Positions 18,698-29,187 of a DNA stretch of 64,000 nucleotides are shown here, piece after piece. The DNA is from Dehalococcoidia bacterium (GTDB taxonomy: Bacteria > Chloroflexota > Dehalococcoidia > GIF9 > UBA5629). The first letter of the stretch is position 1. Each line of letters begins with the position of its first letter. The notes beneath the pieces were generated by a model. It was not told the DNA's origin. It did no database searches and saw nothing but the letters and a program-made list of their open reading frames with translations. Location of the stretch: positions 320,001 through 384,000 of the forward strand of contig JBEKIW010000001.1 of assembly GCA_050011565.1 (NCBI GenBank). The letters run 5' to 3'. The position numbers and the translations under genes were made by a program.

Positions 18698-19576
18698 TTA
18701 TCTTTTCGTAATATGTCCGGCTATTACTTTATCGGCCGAGACTATGTTCATTTTCAGCCCCACAGCTTTGCTATCGATACCGAAGGCTACAGCCATAAGC
18801 TGAGTGAAGAACAAAACAGGGAGATGGAAATTCGTTTTAAATTTCCTGTTGAGCAGGCCTTGGTAAGCATCCAGGTTCAGTTGGCAGAACGGGCACACGG
18901 TAGCAATACATTCGGCGCCGTTAGCTACAGCGTTATCGAGAAGTTTGTACATTAATCCCAGTGCAATTTCCTCTTCGGACAGAATAAGGGAACCGCCGCA
19001 GCAGCGAGTTTTCATCGGATAGTTTATGGATTGGGCTCCTAGGCTATCGATAACTCGTTCCAAAGATTGAGGATATTCCGGGTCATCGAAGTTTGGTGTC
19101 GGCCGTACGACCTGGCAGCCATAGTAAGGAGCTACTTTAAGCCCGCCAAGGTCTACCTTTACCTTAGCTTTGACGTCCTCCATGCTGACATCATTGGCAA
19201 AGACATCGAGTATATGTCGCACTTTGACCGTCCCGTGATATTCCAGCCCGCCGGCGGCCAGGGCTTCATTTATTTTCATTTTTATGTCAGGGTATTCCTT
19301 GAAGTGCTGGTCTGTTCTGTTAAGTATGAGGTAGCAATCGCTACAGGCTGCTACCAGGTCAAACCCTCTTTTTTCGGCTAACGCCAAATTGCGGGCGCAG
19401 CAGCAGAAAGCAGATAATTCATCAACCACGGTGTAAGGCGTAGAGCCGCAGCAGTTCCAATCATCTAGCTCGATGAGCTCCATATCTAAAACTTTGGCGA
19501 CAGCTCGGGCCGATGTATCGTACATCGGGCTGTCATCGTGCATGCAGCATCCGGGAAAGTAGCTATAATATTTCAT
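18698..19576 (-). CDS. hdrB: Heterodisulfide reductase subunit B
   Basis: [30 protein letters not shown]. Confidence 0.93.
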   Translation of the reverse strand: MKYYSYFPGCCMHDDSPMYDTSARAVAKVLDMELIELDDWNCCGSTPYTVVDELSAFCCCARNLALAEKRGFDLVAACSDCYLILNRTDQHFKEYPDIKMKINEALAAGGLEYHGTVKVRHILDVFANDVSMEDVKAKVKVDLGGLKVAPYYGCQVVRPTPNFDDPEYPQSLERVIDSLGAQSINYPMKTRCCGGSLILSEEEIALGLMYKLLDNAVANGAECIATVCPFCQLNLDAYQGLLNRKFKTNFHLPVLFFTQLMAVAFGIDSKAVGLKMNIVSADKVIAGHITKR

Positions 19577-20145
19577 GATGCGCCTCCAAATGCCCTTGCC
19601 TTGTCTAGAATCGTTTGGAGCTGACGTTTTGCCTGGGGCTTCAGCGTTTTGGTTTTGAACTGTAGTCGTCCATGCCGGAGCAGGCCAAGCGCCACAGGGA
19701 TTGCCTTTAGGGCACCAAATGGATTCACATGGAGATAAAACCGGCTCATACAGCCAAAGCGAGGAATCATGCCGACATTATAGACAGTATCGCTGAAGAC
19801 TCTGTACAGGATCGGCGTGCGCGTTCGTTTTGTGCTTAGATGATGACGCATGGCCAGCGACTCCAGGGCGTGCATGATGTACGTAGGTACGATGCCCCTG
19901 GGGCAGCGCACTGTACACATGTAGCAAGATAAACATAGCCACATAGAGTTGCTGGATAGGACCTCCTCTCTCATGCCGGCTCGTGCCATGGCGATTATCT
20001 CGCGGGGCGTATAGTCCATTTTGTTGGCATTAGGACAGGAGGCCGAACAAGTGCCGCATTGGATGCAAAGGTTGATTTTTTCGCCGCCGGGCATGGATGA
20101 GATTTCTTGAATGAAGTCGTTGCTGCCATGTATCTTGATATCCAT
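19573..20145 (-). CDS. hdrC: Heterodisulfide reductase subunit C
   Basis: CIQCGTCSASCP and WLCLSCYMCTVRCP; precedes hdrB. Confidence 0.9.
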   Translation of the reverse strand: MDIKIHGSNDFIQEISSMPGGEKINLCIQCGTCSASCPNANKMDYTPREIIAMARAGMREEVLSSNSMWLCLSCYMCTVRCPRGIVPTYIMHALESLAMRHHLSTKRTRTPILYRVFSDTVYNVGMIPRFGCMSRFYLHVNPFGALKAIPVALGLLRHGRLQFKTKTLKPQAKRQLQTILDKARAFGGAS

Positions 20146-20481
20146 CGCGCACCTACCTTCGGCTAATTATACTTCTTTTGTAATTTTATACAAAATGAGC
20201 AAAGGGTCTATTTTTACTTACTTTCTCTACTTAGAATACCCCATTATCTATAATAGGGGGCACAGACCAGGAAATAGGGAACCGAAGCTGAAGCTGGTCT
20301 ATTTAATAATGCAGAATACTGCCTTACTTACCCCCAAAGTAAGTTTAGCAGACGAACAAGTCTATTTACTTCCGTTATAATGCTTGTTTTTATTCGTGCG
20401 GAAGACTTGTAAAATGAATCTGTAATGGGCAATTATGCCTATGCTGAATAGAACGTCCTCTACTGGTTTTGAGCGCGGGTC

Positions 20482-20490
20482 TGTTATAAT
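20482..20490 (+). promoter_or_regulatory. Extended -10 (TGtTATAAT) for the response regulator/kinase pair
   Basis: Consensus TGnTATAAT 24 nt upstream of the TTG start; AGGAG RBS in between. Confidence 0.55.
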
Positions 20491-20514
20491 AAGCCCGGAC
20501 ATAGGAGACATTAT

Positions 20515-21180
20515 TTGGAAACCATAAGGATTTTAATTGCCGACGACCACGCATTTGTGCGTGAGGGAACACGTCGAATTCTGGAACAGGAGCCCGATCT
20601 GGAAGTTGTGGCGGAGGCCGGCGATGGTGAGGAAACGGTGAAGCTAGCCTGTGCCTTAAAGCCAGATGTGGCGCTTGTTGACGTTGCCATGCCCAAATTA
20701 GACGGTATTGAAGCCACCAGGCGCATAAAAGCTCAGTGTCCTGCTGTAGCGGTACTGGTTTTAAGTGCTTATGACGACGACCAATTTATCTTCGGCTTGC
20801 TGGAGGCAGGTGCTGCTGGCTACCTGTTAAAGAGTGTCCGCGGTCAAGAAATAGTTGATGCTATTCGAGCAGTGCATGCCGGAGAATCTGTGCTTCATCC
20901 TTCGGTTGCCCGCAAGGTTTTAAATCGGTTCGCCGGCGTTTCCGGTAAGCCGCGCGAAAGAAAGTCCGTGGACCTGCTCACCGAGCGGGAGATGGAAGTA
21001 TTGAAGATGGTAACTAAGGGTTTAAGTAATAAAGATATTGCTGAGGGACTTTGTTTGAGTGTGCGCACTGTCCAGGGACACCTGGCAAATATCTTTAATA
21101 AACTCAGGGTTAGTTCACGGACCGAGGCTGTAGTACATGCCTTGAAAGAGGGTTGGGTCACTCTCGACGATGTGTCCTGA
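20515..21180 (+). CDS. NarL/LuxR-family response regulator (paralogue of 2781-3467)
   Basis: IADDH, VDVAMP, LTERE..GLSNKDIA..TVQGHLAN. Confidence 0.95.
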   Translation: METIRILIADDHAFVREGTRRILEQEPDLEVVAEAGDGEETVKLACALKPDVALVDVAMPKLDGIEATRRIKAQCPAVAVLVLSAYDDDQFIFGLLEAGAAGYLLKSVRGQEIVDAIRAVHAGESVLHPSVARKVLNRFAGVSGKPRERKSVDLLTEREMEVLKMVTKGLSNKDIAEGLCLSVRTVQGHLANIFNKLRVSSRTEAVVHALKEGWVTLDDVS

Positions 21181-22844
21181 GAGTTTTGCCCTGTAGAGAG
21201 CCTGGATATAGCGTCGTGCAGCGATTCACATTTGACTGGCTGAATAGGATTATACTCAGGCCCGGTTTGGGGTCATTGAGACGAGAGCATGAACATCGTA
21301 TCCGGCTAGCAAGCCTAAACTACATCTCAAACATTGTCTCGCAGTCCCTCGAGCTAAGACAAATTCTCAATAGCAGTATTGATAGCATTATTGAAATAAT
21401 GAATGCCGATGCTGTTCTTATTTTCCTCCTGAATAAAGAAGTTGGCGAACTTGTTCTTCATGCCCACAGAGGAGTTTCAGACTCGTTCGTCAGTAGCGTT
21501 GACGGACTCAAATTGGGGGAAGGTTTAAACGGCATTGTTGCCGCGACCGGTGAACCGGCGATTATAAAGGATGCTTCAACAGACGATAGATTGACCAAAA
21601 TGGCTGTGAAAGAGGAAGGCATACGGTCACAGATTATCGTACCGTTGAAGTCTAAGGGCAAGGTCATGGGTACTATTTGTGTGGCCATGCATAAGCGCCG
21701 CCAATTTAGTCAGGATGAAGTTGAATTGCTGGCTGCCTTGGGAAACCAGATTGGCGTTGCCGTAGAGAATGCACGTCTTTATGAGGAGGAGCGAAAAGTC
21801 GTAGAGCAACTGCGGGTATCTGAAGAAAGATATCGAACGTTATTCCAGAATGCCCATGACGCCATATGGGTTCATGATATGGATGGAAATATTATATCCG
21901 CCAATGTTGCTGCTGCCAGACTTACAGGATATTCAGTTGAAGAGTTGTGCCAAATGAATGTTAAAACTTTCCTATCTGAGGGCAGCTTGCATCTGGCAAA
22001 AGTAATCCGGAACCGGCTTCTAAATAAAAGAGCCGCATCTCAACCCTATGAGCAAAAGTTAATTACCAAAGAAGGAGTTGAGGCGATTTTGAAACTGACC
22101 ACAGATGTGGTCGAGGTTAATGGTGAAGCTGTTGGCTTTCAACATATTGCTAGAGATGTTACCGAAGAGAAGCGGATGCAGGAAAGCTTACGTTTTTATC
22201 TGGGTCAAATTACCATGGCCCAGGAGGATGAAAGGAAACGCATTGCCCGAGAGCTCCACGATGAGACCATTCAGTCTTTAGTTGTCCTGACCCGTCAACT
22301 GGATGATATTGCTTCCGGCGGAAAGGGATTGTCTGAATACAAGAAAATCCAGTTAGATATCTTGAGGGAGCGAATTAATAACGTAATGGCGGATGTGAGG
22401 CGGTTAAGCCAGGACCTGCGGCCTCCGGCGTTAGACCGCCTGGGCTTGTTGCCGGCACTGGAATGGCTAGGCTCCGATATAGGCAAACGCTCAGGAATGA
22501 ATATCGAGGTTGCAATGCGTGGTGTCAGCCGGCGGCTCTCCCCTGAGGTAGAGCTCGTTCTTTTTCGTGTCGCTCAGGAAGCTTTGAGGAATACTTTAAG
22601 GCATTCCCAGGCAACGAGTGCTGAGGTTGCCGTCGAATTCGGTGAAAAGTTAATTAGAATAACTGTTAAGGACAATGGTAAAGGATTTTACCTTCCGGAG
22701 ACAACCGGTGATTTGGTAAAGCGAGGCAGGCTAGGCCTGACGGGAATGCGGGAGCGCATTCAGCTGGTGGGCGGTCACCTGAAAATAAGCTCCAGGCCCG
22801 GCAAGGGCACGATTGTAACCATTGAGGCACCGGCGGCGAAATGA
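21153..22844 (+). CDS. Soluble GAF-PAS sensor histidine kinase (HisKA_3); true start uncertain, probably slightly downstream
   Basis: GAF (LGEGLNG..VPLKSKG..AVENARLY), PAS, DERKRIARELHD, DNGKGF. Confidence 0.9.
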   Translation: MGHSRRCVLRVLPCREPGYSVVQRFTFDWLNRIILRPGLGSLRREHEHRIRLASLNYISNIVSQSLELRQILNSSIDSIIEIMNADAVLIFLLNKEVGELVLHAHRGVSDSFVSSVDGLKLGEGLNGIVAATGEPAIIKDASTDDRLTKMAVKEEGIRSQIIVPLKSKGKVMGTICVAMHKRRQFSQDEVELLAALGNQIGVAVENARLYEEERKVVEQLRVSEERYRTLFQNAHDAIWVHDMDGNIISANVAAARLTGYSVEELCQMNVKTFLSEGSLHLAKVIRNRLLNKRAASQPYEQKLITKEGVEAILKLTTDVVEVNGEAVGFQHIARDVTEEKRMQESLRFYLGQITMAQEDERKRIARELHDETIQSLVVLTRQLDDIASGGKGLSEYKKIQLDILRERINNVMADVRRLSQDLRPPALDRLGLLPALEWLGSDIGKRSGMNIEVAMRGVSRRLSPEVELVLFRVAQEALRNTLRHSQATSAEVAVEFGEKLIRITVKDNGKGFYLPETTGDLVKRGRLGLTGMRERIQLVGGHLKISSRPGKGTIVTIEAPAAK

Positions 22845-22883
22845 ACTCAAGGATGGTTGTCGTGGCGCATAAGACTTCTATAG

Positions 22884-23765
22884 CTATTTAGGCACAGCTG
22901 GGCGGATAAGAAGGACCGGTTGAAGGGATTGTTCAACAATTCTATTGGCAACGCCGCCGTAGACCCAGCGGCTGACCGCAGAGCGCCCGTGGGTAGCCAT
23001 AGTTATCAAATCGATTTTTTCCTTTTGGGCCGCTTGCAAGATAGTATCGGCTACTCTCCCAAGTTCGCAAGGTATAACTTGTACCTTCACCTTCATATCC
23101 TTTTTTTCAAGCCTGGTTTTCATCTTTTCCAGGTATTCTGAAGCCTGCAGTTTTGCTTCCGTCCACAGTGTATCCCGGTGTTTTTCCCACGTTGGGTTGA
23201 TGGGATGGTCTCCATAGGATGGCACTACGGGAGGCTCACATACCAAAGTAAGAACAATCTCCACCCCGGTTCCTTTTATCAGTTGTTCAATAGAGGGGAT
23301 GGGGCTCTCGGAGAAAGGTGAGCCATCAAGGGGGAGTAAAAGTTTTTTCAATTCTACTTGGGAGACCTTCGGCGCCTTCGATTTTACCAACAACACCTGG
23401 ACGCTCGTGCCGTAGAGCACCTTTCGAGCCACACTTCCCAGCACCCAGCGCTTGATTCCGGAGTATCCGTGAGTGGAGATGATTATAAGGTCAATATTGT
23501 CCTTATCGGCAAAGTCAACAATTTCATCTGGAACGTTACCATAGGCGATTGCTGAGGATGCTTCGATGCCCTGTGATTGCAGTTCCTTCGCCTTTAGCTC
23601 CAGGTAAGCTTTCATAGGGCGGTCAAACTGGTCAACGGAAGCGATGCTGACGGTGAAGAGTATTAACTCACTGCCCCTGGTTTTGGCAATCGCCTGAGCA
23701 TAGGGGATAGCTCTTTCCGAAAGTTCTGAGCCATCCAGTGCAACGAGCAGCCTTTTATATGCCAT
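22884..23765 (-). CDS. Tandem-domain universal stress protein
   Basis: Two USP repeats: LVALDGS..THGYSG..LGSVA and LPLDGS..THGRS..YGGVA. Confidence 0.92.
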   Translation of the reverse strand: MAYKRLLVALDGSELSERAIPYAQAIAKTRGSELILFTVSIASVDQFDRPMKAYLELKAKELQSQGIEASSAIAYGNVPDEIVDFADKDNIDLIIISTHGYSGIKRWVLGSVARKVLYGTSVQVLLVKSKAPKVSQVELKKLLLPLDGSPFSESPIPSIEQLIKGTGVEIVLTLVCEPPVVPSYGDHPINPTWEKHRDTLWTEAKLQASEYLEKMKTRLEKKDMKVKVQVIPCELGRVADTILQAAQKEKIDLITMATHGRSAVSRWVYGGVANRIVEQSLQPVLLIRPAVPK

Positions 23766-23863
23766 GGTTTCCTCCTTAGTCCAGATATGTGTCTGAAATT
23801 ATAGCCTGAAGGAGGTTTCCATGACAACAGCTTGCAGGCGTTTTGTTTGACTAAATGAACGTG

Positions 23864-23920
23864 TGCTAAAATTCACTTAGGGCTAGCCCGGACTACCCAT
23901 GTGGTGGTCACTAGCCCTAA
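23864..23920 (+). promoter_or_regulatory. mfd extended -10 followed by a 5'-UTR stem-loop
   Basis: TGcTAAAAT 23864-23872; TTAGGGCTAG/CTAGCCCTAA 10-bp inverted repeat 23877-23920. Confidence 0.5.
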
Positions 23921-23926
23921 AGGTGT

Positions 23927-26900
23927 TTGGAAATGGACTTATCCCGTCTTCTTTCTTTAATCGAAAAAGTCCCGGCGTATCAACGGCTTAAAGGCGAGCT
24001 ATCGGGGTCTCCGGAGAAAGCGATTAAGCTGGTAGCGGCTGATGCGGTGAGGCCATTCCTTATAGCTGCCCTCCACCGGGAATTAAACTTACCCATTTTG
24101 GTGGTAGCCGCTCAACCGGAGAATGCGAAGCGGCTCTATGACGAGCTTCAGGCCTGGTGTCCCGATTTAAAATTTCTACACTTTTTCCAAGAAACTGACT
24201 TTTTGTTGGATAAATACTCCTCGACTGATGTCACCACCACTGCTGAACGACTGAAGACTCTCTCGGCCTTAACTTTTTGCCGTGACATGTCGGCAGACGA
24301 ACGCCGTCCATTAATTATTAGTTCCGCTTTAGCTGCTGTAGGTAGAACTGTGCCTCGGGATAAATTCCAGGCGTCCTGTCATTCATTGAAGGTTGGAATG
24401 AATATAGAGCTGTTACAGCTAGCGGCAAAATGGCAGGATATAGGGTACGAATTTAATAATATTGTTGAGATGCCGGGAACAGTAAGCCGACGGGGAGGTA
24501 TACTTGATATTTTTTCTCCAAATAATGAGTTGCCCGCCAGAATAGAGTTCGTGGGTAACCGGATAGAGAGCATCAGGTTTTTTAATCCGAAGACACAGCG
24601 GTCATTGGAGCTAGCAAACTCAGTGAACATAGTTCCGGCTCGGGAAAGCCAGCAATATATTACCGGAGACACTATTGTCGATTACCTGACCGAAAAGGCG
24701 CTTCTAATTACAGACGACCTCGACGAGCTCAAAACTGTGGTGAACAAGCTGCACAGCGAGGCTGAAGAGATTGAAATGAATTCGGAGCCAGCGGAACCAG
24801 CGGGTTTGCCTATTCTGTCCTGGCCGGAATTTGAAATAAAAACAAACATAGTCAAGAAACGCCTGATGCTTTTTTCCTGGAATACCGATTACCCGGACAA
24901 AGTCGGTCTTCAGTCTTTGCCTCTGGCGCCGGTGCCGAGCTATGGAGGCAGACTTGAAGCCTTCTCCGAAGGGCTTAAAGAGATGCTGCAGGAAAACCGG
25001 CGCATCGTCGTAGTCAGCCAGCAAACGAATCGTCTGGCCGAACTGCTGCAGGAATGGGATATCATAGCCGGTTCAGTTTCACAGATAGAGCAGTTGCCTC
25101 CGTTGAAATCGATTACTCTGGTCCACGGCTCGCTGGCTGAAGGCTGGGTAATGAAAGATGTCCTGACAATGTTCACTGATAATGAGATTTTTGGGTTCGT
25201 AAAGAAACGACGCTTATCCGGCAAAAGATCGGTGCGCTACCACCTGTTTGTTCCGGAACTGACACCCGGTGACTTCGTAGTCCACATCGAGCACGGTATT
25301 GCCAGGTTCGCCGGTTTGACGAAGATGGTTACCGAGGGCGTTGAGCGGGAGTATCTTGTCCTGGAATATGCTGCCGGTGACAGATTGTATGTACCTACCG
25401 ACCAGGTTGACTGTGTCAGCCGCTATGTTGGCGCGAGTGACCAAACACCGACCTTAAGCCGATTGGGAACCCAGGAATGGGCACGCACCAAACAGAGAAT
25501 TAAAGAGTCCGTGGCTAACATAGCCCGTGAGCTTTTAGGTTTGTATGCTGCGAGAGAGGTAATTCCGGGCTTTGCTTTCTCCTCTGATACTCTGTGGCAG
25601 CAGGAACTGGAGTCATCTTTCCCTTATATGGAAACCTCTGACCAGTTGGAGGCGGTTTTGGCCGTGAAGGATGATATGGAGAAGCCAAAGCCAATGGACC
25701 GCCTCGTCTGCGGAGATGTGGGTTATGGAAAGACCGAGGTGGCTCTCCGGGCTGCCTTTAAAGCGGTGATGGACGGCAAGCAGGTGGCCTTCCTCGTGCC
25801 AACGACGGTGTTGGCACAACAACACTTTGCTACCTTCCGAGAAAGGCTCCAAGCTTTTCCTGTCAGAGTCGAAATGTTGAGCCGATTCCGCACCGAGAAA
25901 GAACAGGCCGACATAGTAAAGGGCATGGAAGCCGGCATTGTGGATATCTGCATCGGTACCCACCGTTTGCTGCAAAAAGACATAGTGTTTAAAGACCTGG
26001 GGCTCGTAATCATAGATGAAGAGCAACGTTTTGGAGTGGCACACAAGGAGCACTTTAAGAAGCTGAGAAGGGAGATAGACGTCCTCACCCTTAGCGCCAC
26101 GCCCATTCCTCGCACACTGCACATGTCACTGGCTGGAATAAAGGACATGAGCACAATTGAAACCCCTCCGGAAGAGCGTTTGCCAATTAAGACCTTCGTC
26201 GGCGCTTATGATGACAGGCTGGTGCGTGAAGCGGTACTGCGTGAGATTGAACGGAACGGTCAGGTGTTTTTCGTTCATAACCGTGTTTATAGTATTGCCA
26301 TGGTTGCCGGCAGGCTAAGTAGTTTGGTCCCGGAAGGCAGAATATCGGTAGCTCACGGTCGAATGCCTGAAGAGGAACTAGAGAAGGTGATGGTGGACTT
26401 TATCGACCACAAAACCGATATTCTGGTTACTACCACCATTATTGAATCCGGCCTCGATATACCGAATGTCAATACACTTATTGTTGACCATGCAGACAGG
26501 TTAGGTTTGACGCAGCTTTATCAGTTGCGAGGCCGTGTCGGGCGCGGCAGCAGCAACGCCTGCGCTTATTTCTTTTACGACAGAGGCAAGCAATTGACAC
26601 CTGAGGCTCGGAAGCGTCTAAAGACTATCTCCGAGGCGACCGAGCTCGGCGCCGGATTTGCTGTGGCGATGAAGGACCTGGAGATTCGAGGAGCCGGCAA
26701 TCTGCTGGGTGTGGAACAGAGCGGCTATATAGCTGCGGTAGGCTTTGACCTGTACAGCCGGCTGTTGAATGAGGCGGTCGAAGAGCTAAAACAAGGGAGA
26801 GCTTTAGAGGAGGAGAAGAAGATTCTACATCCTTCAGTTACAGCCGTGGGTCTGCCTTTGGCTGCTTTTATTCCAGAAGAATATATACCTGACCTGAGCA

Positions 26901-27271
26901 CAAGACTAAATTCCTATCAGCGCTTGGCAGTGGTCAAACGGGCAGAGGACATAGAAGTTATAGCTAGGGAACTGAGTGATAGATTTGGGCCAGCGCCGGA
27001 AGAGGTCGAAAATCTTCTCTATATAGTAGAAATCAAGCAACTGGCAACTGAGGCGATGCTGGAATCTATCTCAACAGAAAACAAGCAGGTCGTTCTGCAT
27101 TTCAACAGCGGCAGAGATTTAAACAAATTGTCTTTAGCACAGGATGTTCAATCCGGTATAAAGATAGGCAGTGACCGGATTAAACTTGACATAAAGATAC
27201 TGGGCAACAGCTGGCAGGAAGTGCTCAGGGAAGTGCTTCAACATCTGTTATCAGTGTCCACCGGGGGATGA
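23927..27271 (+). CDS. mfd: Transcription-repair coupling factor
   Basis: RRGGILDIF, VVHIEHGIARF, GDVGYGKTEVA, DEEQRFG, SATPIPR, QLRGRVGR, TRCF C-terminus. Confidence 0.98.
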   Translation: MEMDLSRLLSLIEKVPAYQRLKGELSGSPEKAIKLVAADAVRPFLIAALHRELNLPILVVAAQPENAKRLYDELQAWCPDLKFLHFFQETDFLLDKYSSTDVTTTAERLKTLSALTFCRDMSADERRPLIISSALAAVGRTVPRDKFQASCHSLKVGMNIELLQLAAKWQDIGYEFNNIVEMPGTVSRRGGILDIFSPNNELPARIEFVGNRIESIRFFNPKTQRSLELANSVNIVPARESQQYITGDTIVDYLTEKALLITDDLDELKTVVNKLHSEAEEIEMNSEPAEPAGLPILSWPEFEIKTNIVKKRLMLFSWNTDYPDKVGLQSLPLAPVPSYGGRLEAFSEGLKEMLQENRRIVVVSQQTNRLAELLQEWDIIAGSVSQIEQLPPLKSITLVHGSLAEGWVMKDVLTMFTDNEIFGFVKKRRLSGKRSVRYHLFVPELTPGDFVVHIEHGIARFAGLTKMVTEGVEREYLVLEYAAGDRLYVPTDQVDCVSRYVGASDQTPTLSRLGTQEWARTKQRIKESVANIARELLGLYAAREVIPGFAFSSDTLWQQELESSFPYMETSDQLEAVLAVKDDMEKPKPMDRLVCGDVGYGKTEVALRAAFKAVMDGKQVAFLVPTTVLAQQHFATFRERLQAFPVRVEMLSRFRTEKEQADIVKGMEAGIVDICIGTHRLLQKDIVFKDLGLVIIDEEQRFGVAHKEHFKKLRREIDVLTLSATPIPRTLHMSLAGIKDMSTIETPPEERLPIKTFVGAYDDRLVREAVLREIERNGQVFFVHNRVYSIAMVAGRLSSLVPEGRISVAHGRMPEEELEKVMVDFIDHKTDILVTTTIIESGLDIPNVNTLIVDHADRLGLTQLYQLRGRVGRGSSNACAYFFYDRGKQLTPEARKRLKTISEATELGAGFAVAMKDLEIRGAGNLLGVEQSGYIAAVGFDLYSRLLNEAVEELKQGRALEEEKKILHPSVTAVGLPLAAFIPEEYIPDLSTRLNSYQRLAVVKRAEDIEVIARELSDRFGPAPEEVENLLYIVEIKQLATEAMLESISTENKQVVLHFNSGRDLNKLSLAQDVQSGIKIGSDRIKLDIKILGNSWQEVLREVLQHLLSVSTGG

Positions 27272-27283
27272 GTAGGTCAAGAA

Positions 27284-27541
27284 TTAACCTTCTATGCCGT
27301 AGTCGTGCAGGCAGTCAATGAGGTCTTGAACGGTAACGATTTTCTCGATATCTTCGTCTGATATTTCCAGCTTGCGTTTCGGTGTGCTGAATTCCTGTTC
27401 TAATGCGGTGATGAACTCTGCCAGGTCGGAGGCGTCGATATTCAAGTCGTCGACAAAAGATGCCGAGGGCACTATTAATTCCTCATCAACGCCGAGTTGG
27501 TCGGCGATCATTTTCTTGAGCTTTTCCGAAATGTCTGTCAT
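27284..27541 (-). CDS. acpP: Acyl carrier protein-like, lacking the canonical DSL serine
   Basis: ACP pattern (QLGVDE..ASFVDDL..EISDED.EKI.TV) but DAS instead of DSL. Confidence 0.8.
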   Translation of the reverse strand: MTDISEKLKKMIADQLGVDEELIVPSASFVDDLNIDASDLAEFITALEQEFSTPKRKLEISDEDIEKIVTVQDLIDCLHDYGIEG

Positions 27542-27558
27542 CCGTTTCCTCTAAGCAT

Positions 27559-28011
27559 CTAGGCCGGCTCAGCGTTTTCAGTCCCTTCTCGTTGTTTCCC
27601 TTGCTGTATATAAGCGGTGACTACCGAGCCCAAAACCCCATTGACAAACTTTTGAGAGGTATCGCTACCAAAACTTTTTGCCAGTTCAACGGCTTCATTA
27701 ATAGCTGCTTTTACTGGGACTCTATTATCGAATAAAACCTCAAAAATGGCAAGGCGGAGAATATTCCTATCTATAGGCGCTATCTGGTTGACGGGAAAAG
27801 CCGGGGCGAACCTCCGGATAACATCATCGATATTTTTTTTATTTTGCTGGACTCCGTTGACGAGGCTTCTGGCGAAATCGGCCGCTTCATCGGGCAGGGC
27901 TTTTTCGTGTAGCAAACGGGCCAGGGCCGCATTCGGTTGATGAGCCGAACAGTCCAGCTCGTAAAGCGTCTGTAGAGCAACGGTTCTAGCTTTCCTTCTA
28001 ACTCCAACCAT
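27559..28011 (-). CDS. nusB: Transcription antitermination factor NusB
   Basis: RRKAR..ALQ.LY, DRNILRLA, INEAVELAK.FG, FVNGVL. Confidence 0.96.
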   Translation of the reverse strand: MVGVRRKARTVALQTLYELDCSAHQPNAALARLLHEKALPDEAADFARSLVNGVQQNKKNIDDVIRRFAPAFPVNQIAPIDRNILRLAIFEVLFDNRVPVKAAINEAVELAKSFGSDTSQKFVNGVLGSVVTAYIQQGKQREGTENAEPA

Positions 28012-28039
28012 TTTGACAACCATTTTTAAGCAAACCAAT

Positions 28040-28206
28040 ATTTCCTAACTATGCACGGTGCCATCCGGCTCCTTTTTGCTACTCCTACACACACCCTCCG
28101 CGTGCTTGAGTGAAGTTGCTGGCAAGTCAGCCATGAGGAACTCGTGGTGGAAGGCAAAAAGAGCGCGAGATATGTTCGTGTCTAAAGAGGCAATAAATTA
28201 GGAGAT
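28040..28206 (-). ncRNA. Candidate long-hairpin RNA (6S-like) between fabD and nusB
   Basis: Complementary ends (CUCCUAA/UUAGGAA), inner stem GCUCUUUUUGC/GCAAAAAGGAGC, unpaired GACACGAACAU segment. Confidence 0.3.
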
Positions 28207-28242
28207 GCCGGAGGCCTCTGCCTTCGAGCAGGTGCGCGGCGA

Positions 28243-29187
28243 TTATCCTCTGCGCCATTTTGTTATTTCGCTGACGGTTTGAGCACTGCTGATATTAAAG
28301 GATTGTGCTCCGGGGCTAATGCGTTTGATTAACTTGGTCAGCATCTCGCCAGGTCCCATCTCGAAGAAGGTGGTTACGCCTCGAGCGATCATATTTTCGA
28401 CAGATTGCTGCCATTGGACAGGGCGTACAATCTGGCTAACCAGCTCCTCCTTTATCGCTTCCAAGTCAGTAAGGGGCTGGGCAGTAACATTAGCCACAAC
28501 CGGCACAGTTGGCTTATTAAAAGTAAACTCCGAGATGGCATTTCTCAGCCTTTCTATGGCCGGCTCCATCAATATGGAATTGAAAGGCCCGTTTACCCTA
28601 AGCGGGATAATGCGGCGAGCGCCCTTTATTTGGGCTAATCTCCGGGCTTTAGTCAGGCTTTCCTGTGTACCGCTGACAGTGACCTGGTCTGGAGCGTCGA
28701 TATAGGCAATCTCGACACCGGTGGAAAAGCAGATGTTCTTGAAGACCTCTATATCCAAGCCGGTCATAGATACCATGCCGCCACCCGTTCTTTGCCCGGC
28801 TTCGTTCATTAATCTACCTCTTTCACGAATCAATCGTGCGGCATCAGATAAGCTAAGGACGCCAGCAGCTACCAGAGCTGCATAAGTACCTACGTCATGG
28901 CCGGCAACAAAGGTGGGCTCCGGTATACCGTTGTTACTGACCTCCTGAGCTGCTCTCAGGCAGGCGACACTGGTAGCCAGAAGTGCCGGCTGGACATTGC
29001 CGGTCTGCTTGAGGTCGTCTTGAGGTCCTTCAAAGCATAAGCGAGATAACGAGAAGCCCAGATTTTTGTCAACTTCATCAAAAACTTCACGGGCCGAAGT
29101 GTAGTGGACGTAAAGGTCCAACCCCATGCCTACAGAGTGGGATTCCTGTCCTGGAAAAATGTAAGCTACTTTTATTGCTTCTACCAT
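28243..29187 (-). CDS. fabD: Malonyl-CoA:ACP transacylase homologue with substituted catalytic residues
   Basis: FPGQ, QPALL, PVQW..SV, EMGPG retained; GHDVG replaces GHSxG and PFNS replaces AFHS. Confidence 0.85.
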   Translation of the reverse strand: MVEAIKVAYIFPGQESHSVGMGLDLYVHYTSAREVFDEVDKNLGFSLSRLCFEGPQDDLKQTGNVQPALLATSVACLRAAQEVSNNGIPEPTFVAGHDVGTYAALVAAGVLSLSDAARLIRERGRLMNEAGQRTGGGMVSMTGLDIEVFKNICFSTGVEIAYIDAPDQVTVSGTQESLTKARRLAQIKGARRIIPLRVNGPFNSILMEPAIERLRNAISEFTFNKPTVPVVANVTAQPLTDLEAIKEELVSQIVRPVQWQQSVENMIARGVTTFFEMGPGEMLTKLIKRISPGAQSFNISSAQTVSEITKWRRG

